A stretch of DNA of 64,000 nucleotides from Alphaproteobacteria bacterium (GTDB lineage: Bacteria; Pseudomonadota; Alphaproteobacteria; CAAHEQ01; UBA3637): contig JAFTEW010000056.1 in assembly GCA_017453485.1 (NCBI GenBank), forward strand, positions 5,141-69,140, written 5' to 3'. Under the pieces are notes generated by a model, which ran no database searches, was not told the origin of the DNA, and saw only the letters and a list, made by a program, of their open reading frames with translations. Shown here piece by piece: positions 7,600-18,500 of this stretch. The first letter of the stretch is position 1. Each line of letters starts with the position of its first letter. The position numbers and the translations under genes were made by a program.

Positions 7600-10500
7600 T
7601 TAATCTTCCCTAGTAAATGTGACAGTCAAATTATAACTAGGTCCTCCATGGTTAGTATACATATAGTAGCAAAATGTACCACCCGGAGCCAACACTCCCG
7701 CATCTTTATTTGGGAGATAAAGTATCTGTGCACTTTTTTTATGACTACGATGAGCTAGTTCAACTTTTGTTCCACCCAAAGAACTACTTTCACATTGTCC
7801 TGATACAATTTGCCCATTTAAGCGGTATCCAGTATGCCCATAAACGGCAGATCCTGAAATTCTGATTCGATAATTTGAGTTCGTATTATTCGTTGTATGA
7901 CAAAAAGCTTTGCTCCAATCATTGTGAGACGTCCCACTTGCATAGCAGGTTTGTAATGTAGCAGGACCTCGACAAATTCCATTAATAAATTCATTTGGAG
8001 ATTCGCAACATTTTTTAGTGTTACCGGCTGTATAGATACGATTACTGGCACAACACTTATTATCTGCCCAACCTTGACCACTGTTACAACAATGTCCGCT
8101 GACATTAATTTTACCGCTGGCACAGCAGAGTCCGCCACCGACATTAACATTATTGCCCGTACAGCAAACCTTTGTCCCATCCGATGCTTGACTCAAATCC
8201 TTTGCACAGCATTTATTGGTCGATCCATCTTTATAAACACGAGATGTCAGACAACAAGAAGAACTTGTATTAGAAGCCGTTCCGATAACGGTTTGATTAT
8301 CGCCGCAACAACTCCAATAATCCGTAGTTCCGGTCGCCCCCTCTTTCCATTTTTTCCGGAACTTAGTTGCCGTGGAGTCATCTCCTTTCAACAATTTACC
8401 ATCAGCACAACATCCTGCAAACGTTTGTGTCTTGTTGTTTTGTTTTCTTTCATTAAACAACTTGGTTGCTCCGCTGGAGCAGCATCCGACCGTATTGCTC
8501 AGTGTCCAATTACTTGTATTACATGTTTGACACTCACCGACTTTACTTGTATCAACGACAACCGCGCCATTCGGATAGTTTTGTCCGTTACATTTACCGC
8601 AGGCACCAACAGCACCGGTGTGTCCCTGCCAATTCCATGTCGTCGTATTGCAACTTTGACAAGTTGGTGTTGTCTGATCTCCGCGCACAGGACTCCCGTT
8701 CACACACTTACCGCATTGACCGATCGTTGTTCCATCCGTTTTATTTGTTGTTGATGTTGTCTTGACATTCGTACACAGGTTCGTTGTTGTTGCCACCGTT
8801 GAACACGTATTGTTTGTCTCGCTGGTCGTTGTCTTATCGGCAGAACATGTGCTGGCCGGTCCGCTTTCTCCGGCGGCTAAACACTTTGTTTCCGTCTTAC
8901 TCTTACAACAATTACCATCCAGGTATTTATAAGTCACACTCTTGTTCGTCGCCGTTCCATCACAAACACCCTTACAGTCAAATTTTCCACTGGCACAACA
9001 CTTTGTGCCATTGGCATATACCGTCCCGGAGCAACATTTCTTCGTCCCATTCTCGGTATAAACCTTCGTCGTATCACAGCAAGTTGTTCCAACCACTTGA
9101 CCGTTCGCACAGCACTTGCCGCCAACATAACTCTGGCCGCTCGCACAACAATGTCCGTTTGACAAAACATTATCACAACATTTCGTCACACCACCTTCGG
9201 TATATGTCCGATTTGCAGGGCAACACCCTTCTTCATCTTTGCAGGAGGCATCAGCACTACAACACGTCCGGGTTGTTCCATCACAATTCGTCACGGTTTT
9301 ATTTGTTGCCGTTCCGTTACAGACACCGGCACAGTCTTTCTTGGCTGAACCACCGCAAACACCCGCACAGTCCTTAACCTGTCCCGGACAACACCCTTCT
9401 GCCGTCTTCGCTATGCCACAACCGCATCCGTCATCCTTGGCCGTTCCGTTACACACACCGGCGCAATCTTTCGTTGCTGTCCCGCCGCAAACACCCGCAC
9501 AGTCCTTAACCTGTCCCGGACAACACCCTTCTGCCGTCTTCGCTATGCCACAACCGCATCCCTCATCCTTGGCCGTTCCGTTACACACACCGGCGCAGTC
9601 TTTCGTTGCTGTCCCGCCGCAAACACCCGCACAGTCCTTAACCTGTCCCGGGCAGCACCCTTCCGCTGTCTTCGCTATGCCACAACCGCATCCGTCATCC
9701 GTCTTATTACTTCCGCAAACGCCGTCACATCCCTTCTGACCCTTATTGACAATCTTATATCCCGTCGCTGCACTACACGTAATACACTCCTCATCCGTCC
9801 AATCTCCCATCAATACATTCCCGTTCGTGCATCGTCCGCATTCCTCTATCGTTGAACCGCTCTCATATGTCTTCCCGTTATATTCGCACTTCTTCGGCGG
9901 ACATAATCCAACCCCTCCCTTACCGTCACAGCACCGATCCTGACTCGGATCCGCTCCACTGACTACCTTTACTCCTTTCTCCTTCGGCTTACATGTCCCG
10001 TTCGCCTGTCTCTCCTCACATACATCACAATGGCATTTCCCATAATCACGAACACAGACACCCGTCTCATTATCACAACACAACGGATGACACTCCGAAT
10101 CATAAGAACATAACGCACCTACACTGTCATGGAACACAAACGATAGCACATTATGATACTCTCCATCCAACGCCGAACTGATCATCCCTCCTTCACGTAT
10201 CACATCTCCGTCCGGAATACATTCCACATCATACTTCCTCTCCCCATAGTTCCAACTATACAACTCCCCATTAATCGCCGTATAGGTCGGATCCGGAAAC
10301 TCCGTCTTCTTCACTATCTCGCACACACGATACGGGATATCATACACTTCCAAAGCTTGAATATATTCTTCCCCGTTCAAACCGCTGTTTGATACAACCG
10401 CATTCCCATACGGACTCGGCCGATCATTCGGATAGTCATTAAAGGCCTCTACCTTAAACCGGCCATATATCTTATCCTCCGCACTGTCCGGATGAAACTC

Positions 10501-10725
10501 CTTTAAATCCAAGTCCTGCTCTAACACCCGTTGCTGACCGATAATTACAGAACGCATCCGAACACCATTCACAACCTCGTTCGCCATGATCCGATCCAAC
10601 GAATAACGATATCCCCATAACGCCGTCATCGTTATAATCCCCATAATCGCCAGAACGCCCAATATCTCCGTCATCGTCCGACCGGCTTGCGAGAACAATA
10701 TACTCTTCAAATTTGTATTCGCCAT
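7600..10725 (-). CDS. Giant (~1040 aa) cysteine-rich surface protein with type IV prepilin-like N-terminus (minor-pilin/adhesin candidate). Contains CC-doublet repeats and three 41-aa tandem repeats.
   Basis: Start reassigned to the ATG at 10725, which has an AGGAG RBS 7 nt upstream. The track ORF starts at 10833. The N-terminus MANTNLKSILFSQAG|RTMTEILGVLAIMGIITMTAL has G at -1, E at +5 and a hydrophobic helix, resembling TcpA/BfpA-type prepilins. The remainder has over 100 Cys in CCxxG, CxGxC and CAGVCGGTATKDCAGVCNGTAKDxGCGCGIAKTAEGCCPGQVK repeats. Confidence 0.6.
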   Translation of the reverse strand: MANTNLKSILFSQAGRTMTEILGVLAIMGIITMTALWGYRYSLDRIMANEVVNGVRMRSVIIGQQRVLEQDLDLKEFHPDSAEDKIYGRFKVEAFNDYPNDRPSPYGNAVVSNSGLNGEEYIQALEVYDIPYRVCEIVKKTEFPDPTYTAINGELYSWNYGERKYDVECIPDGDVIREGGMISSALDGEYHNVLSFVFHDSVGALCSYDSECHPLCCDNETGVCVRDYGKCHCDVCEERQANGTCKPKEKGVKVVSGADPSQDRCCDGKGGVGLCPPKKCEYNGKTYESGSTIEECGRCTNGNVLMGDWTDEECITCSAATGYKIVNKGQKGCDGVCGSNKTDDGCGCGIAKTAEGCCPGQVKDCAGVCGGTATKDCAGVCNGTAKDEGCGCGIAKTAEGCCPGQVKDCAGVCGGTATKDCAGVCNGTAKDDGCGCGIAKTAEGCCPGQVKDCAGVCGGSAKKDCAGVCNGTATNKTVTNCDGTTRTCCSADASCKDEEGCCPANRTYTEGGVTKCCDNVLSNGHCCASGQSYVGGKCCANGQVVGTTCCDTTKVYTENGTKKCCSGTVYANGTKCCASGKFDCKGVCDGTATNKSVTYKYLDGNCCKSKTETKCLAAGESGPASTCSADKTTTSETNNTCSTVATTTNLCTNVKTTSTTNKTDGTTIGQCGKCVNGSPVRGDQTTPTCQSCNTTTWNWQGHTGAVGACGKCNGQNYPNGAVVVDTSKVGECQTCNTSNWTLSNTVGCCSSGATKLFNERKQNNKTQTFAGCCADGKLLKGDDSTATKFRKKWKEGATGTTDYWSCCGDNQTVIGTASNTSSSCCLTSRVYKDGSTNKCCAKDLSQASDGTKVCCTGNNVNVGGGLCCASGKINVSGHCCNSGQGWADNKCCASNRIYTAGNTKKCCESPNEFINGICRGPATLQTCYASGTSHNDWSKAFCHTTNNTNSNYRIRISGSAVYGHTGYRLNGQIVSGQCESSSLGGTKVELAHRSHKKSAQILYLPNKDAGVLAPGGTFCYYMYTNHGGPSYNLTVTFTRED
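9290..9715 (-). repeat. 123-bp tandem direct repeat (about 3.4 copies, near-identical), in-frame within the pilin-like gene
   Basis: Read directly from the DNA. Shadow ORF 9239..9739 also shows three identical 41-aa units, PAQSF(L/V)A(E/V)PPQTPAQSLTCPGQHPSAVFAMPQPHPSSLAVPLHT. Confidence 0.85.
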
Positions 10726-10759
10726 AACAGAACTCCTCTGATTAAAACTCCTTCCTCTC

Positions 10760-10788
10760 AGTATATCCAGAATTATCCCTATTGTAAA
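10760..10788 (-). promoter_or_regulatory. Candidate sigma70 promoter of the pilin-like gene (TTTACA-N17-TATACT)
   Basis: On the minus strand, TTTACA then a 17-nt spacer then TATACT, about 35 nt upstream of the AGGAG/ATG at 10725. It is divergent from the tRNA-Glu promoter. Confidence 0.4.
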
Positions 10789-10934
10789 GCCATTTTTTCC
10801 ATTTTTTAAGCATTCCGCGGGTTTTAAGAACATGAATCAAAAAAACGCATTTATTATCAATGCATTGACACAAATTATAACCATCCGACAGAATGTTGCT
10901 TTTTCAAAAAAAATGAAAAAAACGTAAAAAAGAC

Positions 10935-10963
10935 TTGCAAATTCGCAGAAAATCGGTTATAAA
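10935..10963 (+). promoter_or_regulatory. sigma70-type promoter for tRNA-Glu (TTGCAA-N17-TATAAA)
   Basis: TTGCAA at 10935–10940, a 17-nt spacer, TATAAA at 10958–10963, 17 nt upstream of the tRNA. Confidence 0.55.
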
Positions 10964-10980
10964 GGGTGCTGTCTTTTTTT

Positions 10981-11056
10981 GACCCTATCGTCTAGAGGCC
11001 TAGGACATCGCCCTTTCACGGCGGTAACGGCGGTTCGAATCCGCCTAGGGTCGCCA
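10981..11056 (+). tRNA. tRNA-Glu (anticodon TTC)
   Basis: Cloverleaf folds. Acceptor GACCCTA/TAGGGTC. Anticodon loop CTTTCAC. Near-identical to E. coli tRNA-Glu through TCGTCTAGAGGCC.AGGAC.CCGCCCTTTCACGGCGGTAAC. Ends in CCA. Confidence 0.9.
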
Positions 11057-11064
11057 AGTGTATA

Positions 11065-11090
11065 AGCCACCTTTCGGGTGGCTTTTTTTA
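11065..11090 (+). terminator. Intrinsic terminator after tRNA-Glu
   Basis: AAGCCACC tttc GGGTGGCTT followed by a T7 run. Confidence 0.6.
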
Positions 11091-11535
11091 TTATCGGGCG
11101 CATATTATATTTCCCCGAGGGGGGAGAAATAAAAAGCACTTGACTTTCATGATGAAATAGGGGATATTTGAATCGGATGGGGTGGTGTCCATCCGGAGGA
11201 TTCATAGCCTCTAATGGTTGTCAAGAGACACTTTGACATAAAAACCCCCTTCTGGTCGTAACGACTGGAAGGCGGTTGAATAGCCGGCTTTCGGTCGGTC
11301 AATAGGCTGCACTATTACCATTAATAGCTATGAAACTTCCAGTCGCCTGAAACATCATAAATGATTTTTTATTAGGGGAAGTTAGAGAAAAGACATAAGG
11401 CACATATATATGGCCGCTGGACTGCACCATGTCATGCTCGACCCGATCGGGCATCCAGGAAAAACGTAAAATCCCTGCCACTCCGGGCTTGCCCCAGAGT
11501 CCATCAAGCAACAAGTATCAATAGAAATAAAAAAA

Positions 11536-12525
11536 TTAAGTAATTTCCGTGACAGCCCGAATGTTGCCGTCCCGATTGATTTGAACAACCTTAACCTTTT
11601 CCCGCATCTCTTTCAATGTCTTTTCCCGATCCATCCCCGGAGACGAGTGCAAAATTCGGGACAAAAAAGCCTGATACGCCTCAGTCGCCGAATCAGCGTG
11701 AATGGTTGCAAAACAGTTATCATGCCCCGTATTCATCAATTCCCAAAATGCCGCCGCATTGCTGGTAGAAATTTCCCCACACAAAATCGCATCCGGTGTA
11801 AACCGAACGGCTAAGTCAATCACCTTTTTATAATCAAATGCATTTGTCTGCTCGGTTCGGGACAAAACAACATGCACCCTGTTTTTATGGGGCACTTTTA
11901 ATTCACGAACGTCTTCCACCGTCACCACGCGCTTGTGTAAATCCAGCAACTGAATCATATTATTTAAAAATGTTGTCTTACCGGTTGCCGTTCCGCCGCT
12001 AACCAAAATATGATTGCCGCGCTTAATATACATAACCAACCGATCATAGGGATCATCCGGATCCTCAACACCCTTTAATTTATTGATCCGTTGCAGACGC
12101 TCTCCGGATTCTAAACCGAACTCCTTTAACTTAATCGGCTGATCCGGCCGCCAAACACGAATATCCATGGCCACACCACCCGTCAAATCATTATTGTCAT
12201 ACTGAACGTTATTACCGGCAATCCCCGTAAAACGATGGCCGCCGGGTAACTGAGTAAAAACAACCGGATTGCCGTTTACCGGATCAAAAGCCATATTATA
12301 GGAATTGGCAATAATATGTAATAAATTAACCAAGTACTCGCGTGTCAATTTTGGATCTTCATAGTAATGCCACGGGTGCGCATGCCGCCCCCTGAGCCGC
12401 AACCAAACACCACCGGGATTGTTGATGGCCATATCTTCCACATTATCTTGCGAATACCAATAGGCCAGGGGTCTTAATACGGACTCCAACACCCGATACA
12501 TATTTTCAACAGGTAAATCCGCCAT
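11536..12525 (-). CDS. virB11: VirB11-family type IV secretion ATPase
   Basis: Walker A VSGGTATGKTT. C-terminal block ILCGEISTSNAAAFWELMNTGHDNCFATIHADSA, as in VirB11/TrbB. Confidence 0.85.
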   Translation of the reverse strand: MADLPVENMYRVLESVLRPLAYWYSQDNVEDMAINNPGGVWLRLRGRHAHPWHYYEDPKLTREYLVNLLHIIANSYNMAFDPVNGNPVVFTQLPGGHRFTGIAGNNVQYDNNDLTGGVAMDIRVWRPDQPIKLKEFGLESGERLQRINKLKGVEDPDDPYDRLVMYIKRGNHILVSGGTATGKTTFLNNMIQLLDLHKRVVTVEDVRELKVPHKNRVHVVLSRTEQTNAFDYKKVIDLAVRFTPDAILCGEISTSNAAAFWELMNTGHDNCFATIHADSATEAYQAFLSRILHSSPGMDREKTLKEMREKVKVVQINRDGNIRAVTEIT

Positions 12526-12545
12526 TGATACCTCCCGCTTTACCG

Positions 12546-15500
12546 CTAAAACAGTTTTTTATCGGTCTGTTGCTGCGTCCTGGGGAAAATCGGATTAACA
12601 ACCTGTCGATTAGTCCCCGTATTCGCCGTCGGCACAACCGCGACAGAAGGTGTAGAACCGGTCGCCGGGGCCGTTTCTGCGGCCGCCTGATTATCGGTAT
12701 CGGTCTCCCCGTTATAGATCGCTGCCCCACCGCCCATACCGGCCCGGTCATTATAGAGGACATCCCGATTGGTATAGATGGTTTCATAATCCGGATTATA
12801 GTATCCGACCCCATCATCCACAACAACAGACCCGCCACCGATATCGGTCGCAATACCACGCTCCGATGCTAATTCCGACATTTCACCGCTGCGAGGTTCA
12901 ATCCAATTCCCCTTGGAAGCCGGTCGGGCTTTCTTGGTATCTGCCCCATAGGCCGCTAAATAATCCTGCTCATCCTCAATTTCAGAACGGAGCCATAAAT
13001 CCGAGTTGGAAAATACCGTCAACCGTGTTCCGGCCGGCACAAAAACAACCTCGTCTATATTCATTGATTCATTTAATAATTGTTGGAAAATCTGACTCAT
13101 CGAATCAATGAAATTACTTCTGGCATCATTCGCTGCCTGTGCCCGAGAACTCATCACCTGATCACCGTTATCTTTATTCGTGATATCATCATTTGTCGCC
13201 GTCACAAACGCAATAGCCGATGTTAATGTTGATTGCAGAACCGGTCGCCCGTATTTCTTCAATAACTGCTCATCCAAATAGGCTGCTACACCGCCACGCC
13301 CCTGAGCATCACCAGAAGTTGCACTAAACGTAAAGGCCGAACCGTCCGGACGAATTAAGCGCGTCCAAGAAATTTCCATTTTATTGACATGTGAGCCACC
13401 GGCACCACCACCGCCTCCACCGGCACTACCGATCAGACGACTACCGGCAGGAATAATGATGCGCCGTCCCTGTTCGGCATAAATATGACGTTCAACAATA
13501 GCCGTCACAGGAACACTCGCATGACGAGAATCAATAGAATGTGCTAACACGGCCGGAATAGCTTTATCCTTTAAAATCATCCGTGACATATCAACCGGAT
13601 AACTGGACACGATTTTGGGTTCCCCCCAATCCAAATCCTGTTTTTTACGGGCACGAGCCAAAGTCCGCACATCCGGCAACATCCGCTCATAGGAACGAAT
13701 TTTGCTCTTCATCGCGGCCCGCCGTGTTGCCAACAGGCTATCCATAGCATCTTTATGTTCTTGGGGCACTTCAATCGGTTTTTTAATATCCGGACGACCC
13801 GTCGGACCACCAGTACCACTTAAAGCCCGATCATCCAGCGAATAGGGACGACCATCCTCACCCATATACCCGATGATATTACCGTCTTTATCAATTAAGG
13901 ATCCCTGTGGGGTCACATTAAACATCTCACCGCCCAAGAAGATACGGCGATCCCCAGACATTGCCCCCGGACCATCACCTAACATAAGAGCTGGTGCAAT
14001 CTTTTCCAAATCAATACCGAATAACTCAACATCCGAGATAACGTTATCATTCAAATCACGCACAATACCGTCATCCCCCAGTTTTCCTTTTGTTGTACCA
14101 TCAAAACCGACAATATCGCCGTTATCTAAAATCAATCCGATGAAATTACCGTCCGGATCACGAACAACCCGAATATCACTGACTTCATTTCCATTCGGAT
14201 CTACCAACTTATCATCATCTGTCAAGGTGGCAATTTTCCGACGTGTTTTGGGATCAATAATATCTCCGTTCGGGAGAACTTGAAATTGTTCATTCCCTTT
14301 CGGGTCTTTAAACATTCCGTTTCGCCCGAAACTGCCCCGGATATTACCCCGACTGTCAAACATCAATTCTTCATCCGGTGTCACAACCCGACAAATAATT
14401 TCGCCTTCTTGGTTAATAATGCTACCCTTGCCATCACCGATAACTTTACCAACAATTTTTCCGGCACCATCTACCACAATACCATTATGCTTAATTCGAC
14501 CGCAAGCCCCCCCGTTCGGGTCAATGGCTAAGCCCCGTTCCACAACGTGTCCGACAGCATCACCACTACCATTAACGACCGTCCCGTCATTTCGGGCACA
14601 ACCCATGACGATACCATTTACGTCAACGACCGTTGAATCCGGAAGTGTTCGTCCCAAATAATCACCTGAAATGGATGCAACCAACCCGTTTTGTGCTGCC
14701 CGACCAATTCGATTTTCGGCACCATCCACAGCCCACTTATCCGGCGTAACCCGACCAACGGCATTTCCTTGACCGTTAATAACTTGACCGTTGAATGAGA
14801 CTTGCCCTAATACTTTGCATTCATTAACAACCAATTGTTCCGGGACAAGACCACCTAAAATCCGATACTTATGCGTCCCTTTAACAGCACCGTTTACGGC
14901 AATTTGGCCAACTTCTTCACCGGCATAAGAAACAACCTTACCTTCACCATCCAACATACCCAAAACCTGACCGTCATGACCGGTGGCCGGATTAAAGGAC
15001 AAGACCATTCCGTCAATCGGTAAATCCTTCCCCAGGACCGATCCGTCATCCAATTCCCGATAAACTTTTTTATCTGCGGCATCTACAATATCACCCGTCA
15101 CGGTTGTCCGCCCCATAACTTGATTGCGATAACTGAATGGCAATCCTTGCTTGATGACATGGCCGACATACGGCATTGTTGAATACATTTGACGATCCGA
15201 CAATCCAACGGCACTTCCATCCGACAAGATACGTCCCATCAAAAGCCCTTCTTTTCCGGAAATCGTTCCATCCAAGGCAATCACACCGATATCATATCCG
15301 TCATCATTGACAACTTGCCCAACAGGTAAAGCACCTCCGGCCCAAATTGTATCCGGTGTCAAAGCCGATCCATACGGCATATATTCAGCTAATTTATGAC
15401 CGTCTTTACCTAAAATTTCAACAGTTCCCGAACTTCGGCCAATCACAACACCGTTGCGATCAATAAATGTTGCCGGTGATAATATGCCACCAATCAATTG

Positions 15501-18500
15501 ACCTTGCGAATCATACACAGCACCGCTACCTGTCCCAACGGCCGTTCCAGACTCTTGACCATCCGTTAAAATCTGCCCTGTCGGCAACGGAATCCCCATC
15601 AAGCCCAATTTTGTCCCGATCGGCAATCCAACCGGCGATAACCCGGCGACAACCTTTTTAGTCAAATCAACAACCAAACCGTTTGCCGTTAAATTGCCCA
15701 GGGGCTTATTATTATTGACAACCATGACGATACCGTCTGCACCGGCCATGCCTGATAATCGACCGTTAACATTATCTTTAACAGCTAATGATTTTTGCAT
15801 CAATCGGCCGACGATTCGCCCATCTTGAACAGCGTAGGTTTGATTGGTCACAGAAGCCACCTTATCACCACGACCGTTCACAACCTGCCCTTTTCCATCT
15901 ACAAGTCCCATAAATCCGGTCTTATCCGCCATGACCAATGTGCCAAGCGGGATATAGGCCCCCAGGACACTGCCGTCTGTATGAACAACCTGACCATCCA
16001 GCGTCACATGTCCGATAACATTTTGACCATCCTCCACAGCCCCATCAAACCGAGTCCAACCGATAAAGCCCCCATCGGCATTAACAGCCACACCGGGTTG
16101 CAACAATTGACCAACAATACCATCCTTGTTGTTGAAAACATAAGTATAACCGTTCATTAATCCGATATTCTGCCCGTTAGCAGTCAAAACCTGGCCATTC
16201 GTCGATACGGCCGTCAGATAACTTCCGTTTTCGGATACAACGATTCCCCGCGGAACCAGCGTTCCCAACACTTGATTATCAGCATTTAAAGCAACACCCG
16301 TCACCGAAACTGTCCCGACGGCATTTCCGGATTTGTCGTTGATACCGCCCTTAAAGTTAGCCCAACCGATTAACTGTCCAGTCGAATCAACATACGGTCC
16401 TATCCTCAACAACCGCCCGGAAATATTCTCCCGTTCACTATAAATTGTGCCAAACGGAGAAGCCACCCCGATTTGTCGACCACGGGCATCGTTAATTTTA
16501 CCCTGATAAGTCAATGCTCCCAACAATCCGTCAGCTCCAATCGGTAATGAGATATCCGGAAAAATACCGCCCAAAACCCGACCATCATTTGAAATCGCCA
16601 GTCCGTTTCCTAAAACATGTCCGATAACTGTCTGAGCCGCTGAAATGACTTCACCTTTACCGTTAACCGTCCCAACTTCACGACCGGTCACAGAAAAAAC
16701 TTTCCCCTGCGGAATGCGAACCCCGACCGTTTGCCCGGCCCGATTGACCACAGTGCCATCAGACTTAATTACACCTAAGGATTCGCCATCCTGATTCTGT
16801 AAGATACCATCAACGGTCATTGTTGCTAAATAGCCACCCTTCGGATCCATGAAAGCCGTCTTATCCGGGACCAACAACCCAATAACCGTGTTCTTTTCGG
16901 TATTCAAAACAGAATAATCCGGCAAAACATACCCGAACCGTTCACCGCTTGGTGTCAAGGCCATCCCTGTTTTTCTGGAATACCGCCCCAGGATAACACC
17001 GTCATGACCGAAAATAACACCATCCGGCGGCACAACAGCAATGATTTCATCTTTATCATTAACGACCCAGTTATTCGGTAGCAAACGACCGACTTTTTGG
17101 CCATCCGGCCCATAAACGTCCGTTCCAACAACCTTTAATCCGGTATCATCACCGTTTTCGTTTAGCACAGCCCCATCACCCGGTTCTGCCCCCAACAAAA
17201 TTCCGATAGGCGTTTTTCCATCCTGACCGGTGACTGTCCCATCACTGTTAACACACCCGATCACATTTCCGTCATTATCAATAACTTTACCATCCAAGCG
17301 TGTCCGACCGATAACTTTTCCGGTTGGACTCACAACCAACCCCATCGGAGCCACGAAACCGATGACTTCTTCTTGCTTATCAATAATTTGCTTTTCCGGA
17401 TTCATGCAACCGATAATCAACCCGTTTTCATCCATGACGTAACCTTCCGGCGTAATCAACCCTAAGAAACGACATCCGTCAGCAATAGCTGCTCCACGTG
17501 GCACAACCACACCGATGATACGGTGGTTAACATTAACAACATGACTGTCCGGACGCACCTGCCCGACCACTTCCACAGCTGCATTCATCACAACACCATT
17601 CGGATAAACGGACCCGATTCCCTGACATCCACGCCCCATGACATGACCGCGCGGCATAACGGCACCTAAAATTTTGGTCCCAGCAGATACGGTTCCGTCC
17701 GGATTAACACACCCGATAACAGACCCTTTACCATCAACCACTTTACCTTCCGAATTCACAAAACCGATGACATTACCTTTTTCGTTAATGACAAGCCCCA
17801 TCCGAATGGCCGTTCCCACATCAACACCATTCGCATCAACAACGGCACCATTCAACAGCGTATGACCAATTACCTGCGAGAAACCATCCTTAACCTGTCC
17901 GTTCGGCATAATCCGACCTAAGGCTTTACAAGCAGCCCCGACAGCGATCCCCCGAGGAATAACTCCCCCGATCAATTCTCCATCCGGATCAACAGCCAAC
18001 CCGTTCGGTTGGATGGAACCGATTGTCTGATTACTTTCATTTACAATAGAACCATTCGGCAAAATTCCACCGATAACTTGCCCTAACCAGTTGATAACCA
18101 ATCCCTGCGGTTCCAAATACCCGATCGGCTCACCGGCTAAATTAACAACCGTTCCGTCAACCAAGGGTCTGCCGATAACGGTCTTTGATCCGTCAACAAC
18201 CGTTCCTTCTTTGGTGACCACGCCCAAAACCCGTCCTTGTTCATTCAAAACAGAAACAACAGGAATAGCGCTTCCCAGCACCTTTAAGGAAGAATCCACA
18301 ATCGTGTCATCACCCACCAACCGACCGACAGCTTTCCCATCCGCATCCGTCACATCACCGGTTTTAGAGATTGTCCCCATCATTTTGTTGTTGATATCAA
18401 TCGGAATTCTTTCCGGCTCAACGATACCGACAAAGTGATCATCTTTATCAACCAACAAATTGCCTTTTACCTTGTATGTCTCACCACCGATTTCGACCTC

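Noticed and set aside
8670-8700. RGD tripeptide (…GSPVRGDQTTP…) in the pilin-like adhesin as an integrin-binding motif
   Set aside because: A tripeptide is expected by chance in a 1041-aa protein and there is no supporting context. Noted, but not claimed.
9290-9715. Tandem repeats as a possible CRISPR array
   Set aside because: The 123-bp units have no unique spacers, are protein-coding and in-frame, and no cas genes are present. No CRISPR-like array exists anywhere in the window.
8074-10392. Many plus-strand ORFs (8074..8754, 8784..9377, 9239..9739, 9746..9943, 9993..10181 and others) opposite the 7600..10725 gene, including one showing a 41-aa repeat
   Set aside because: They are shadow ORFs of the strongly coding minus-strand Cys-rich gene. 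The plus-strand repeat is just the same 123-bp DNA repeat read in another frame. No RBS or independent signal.
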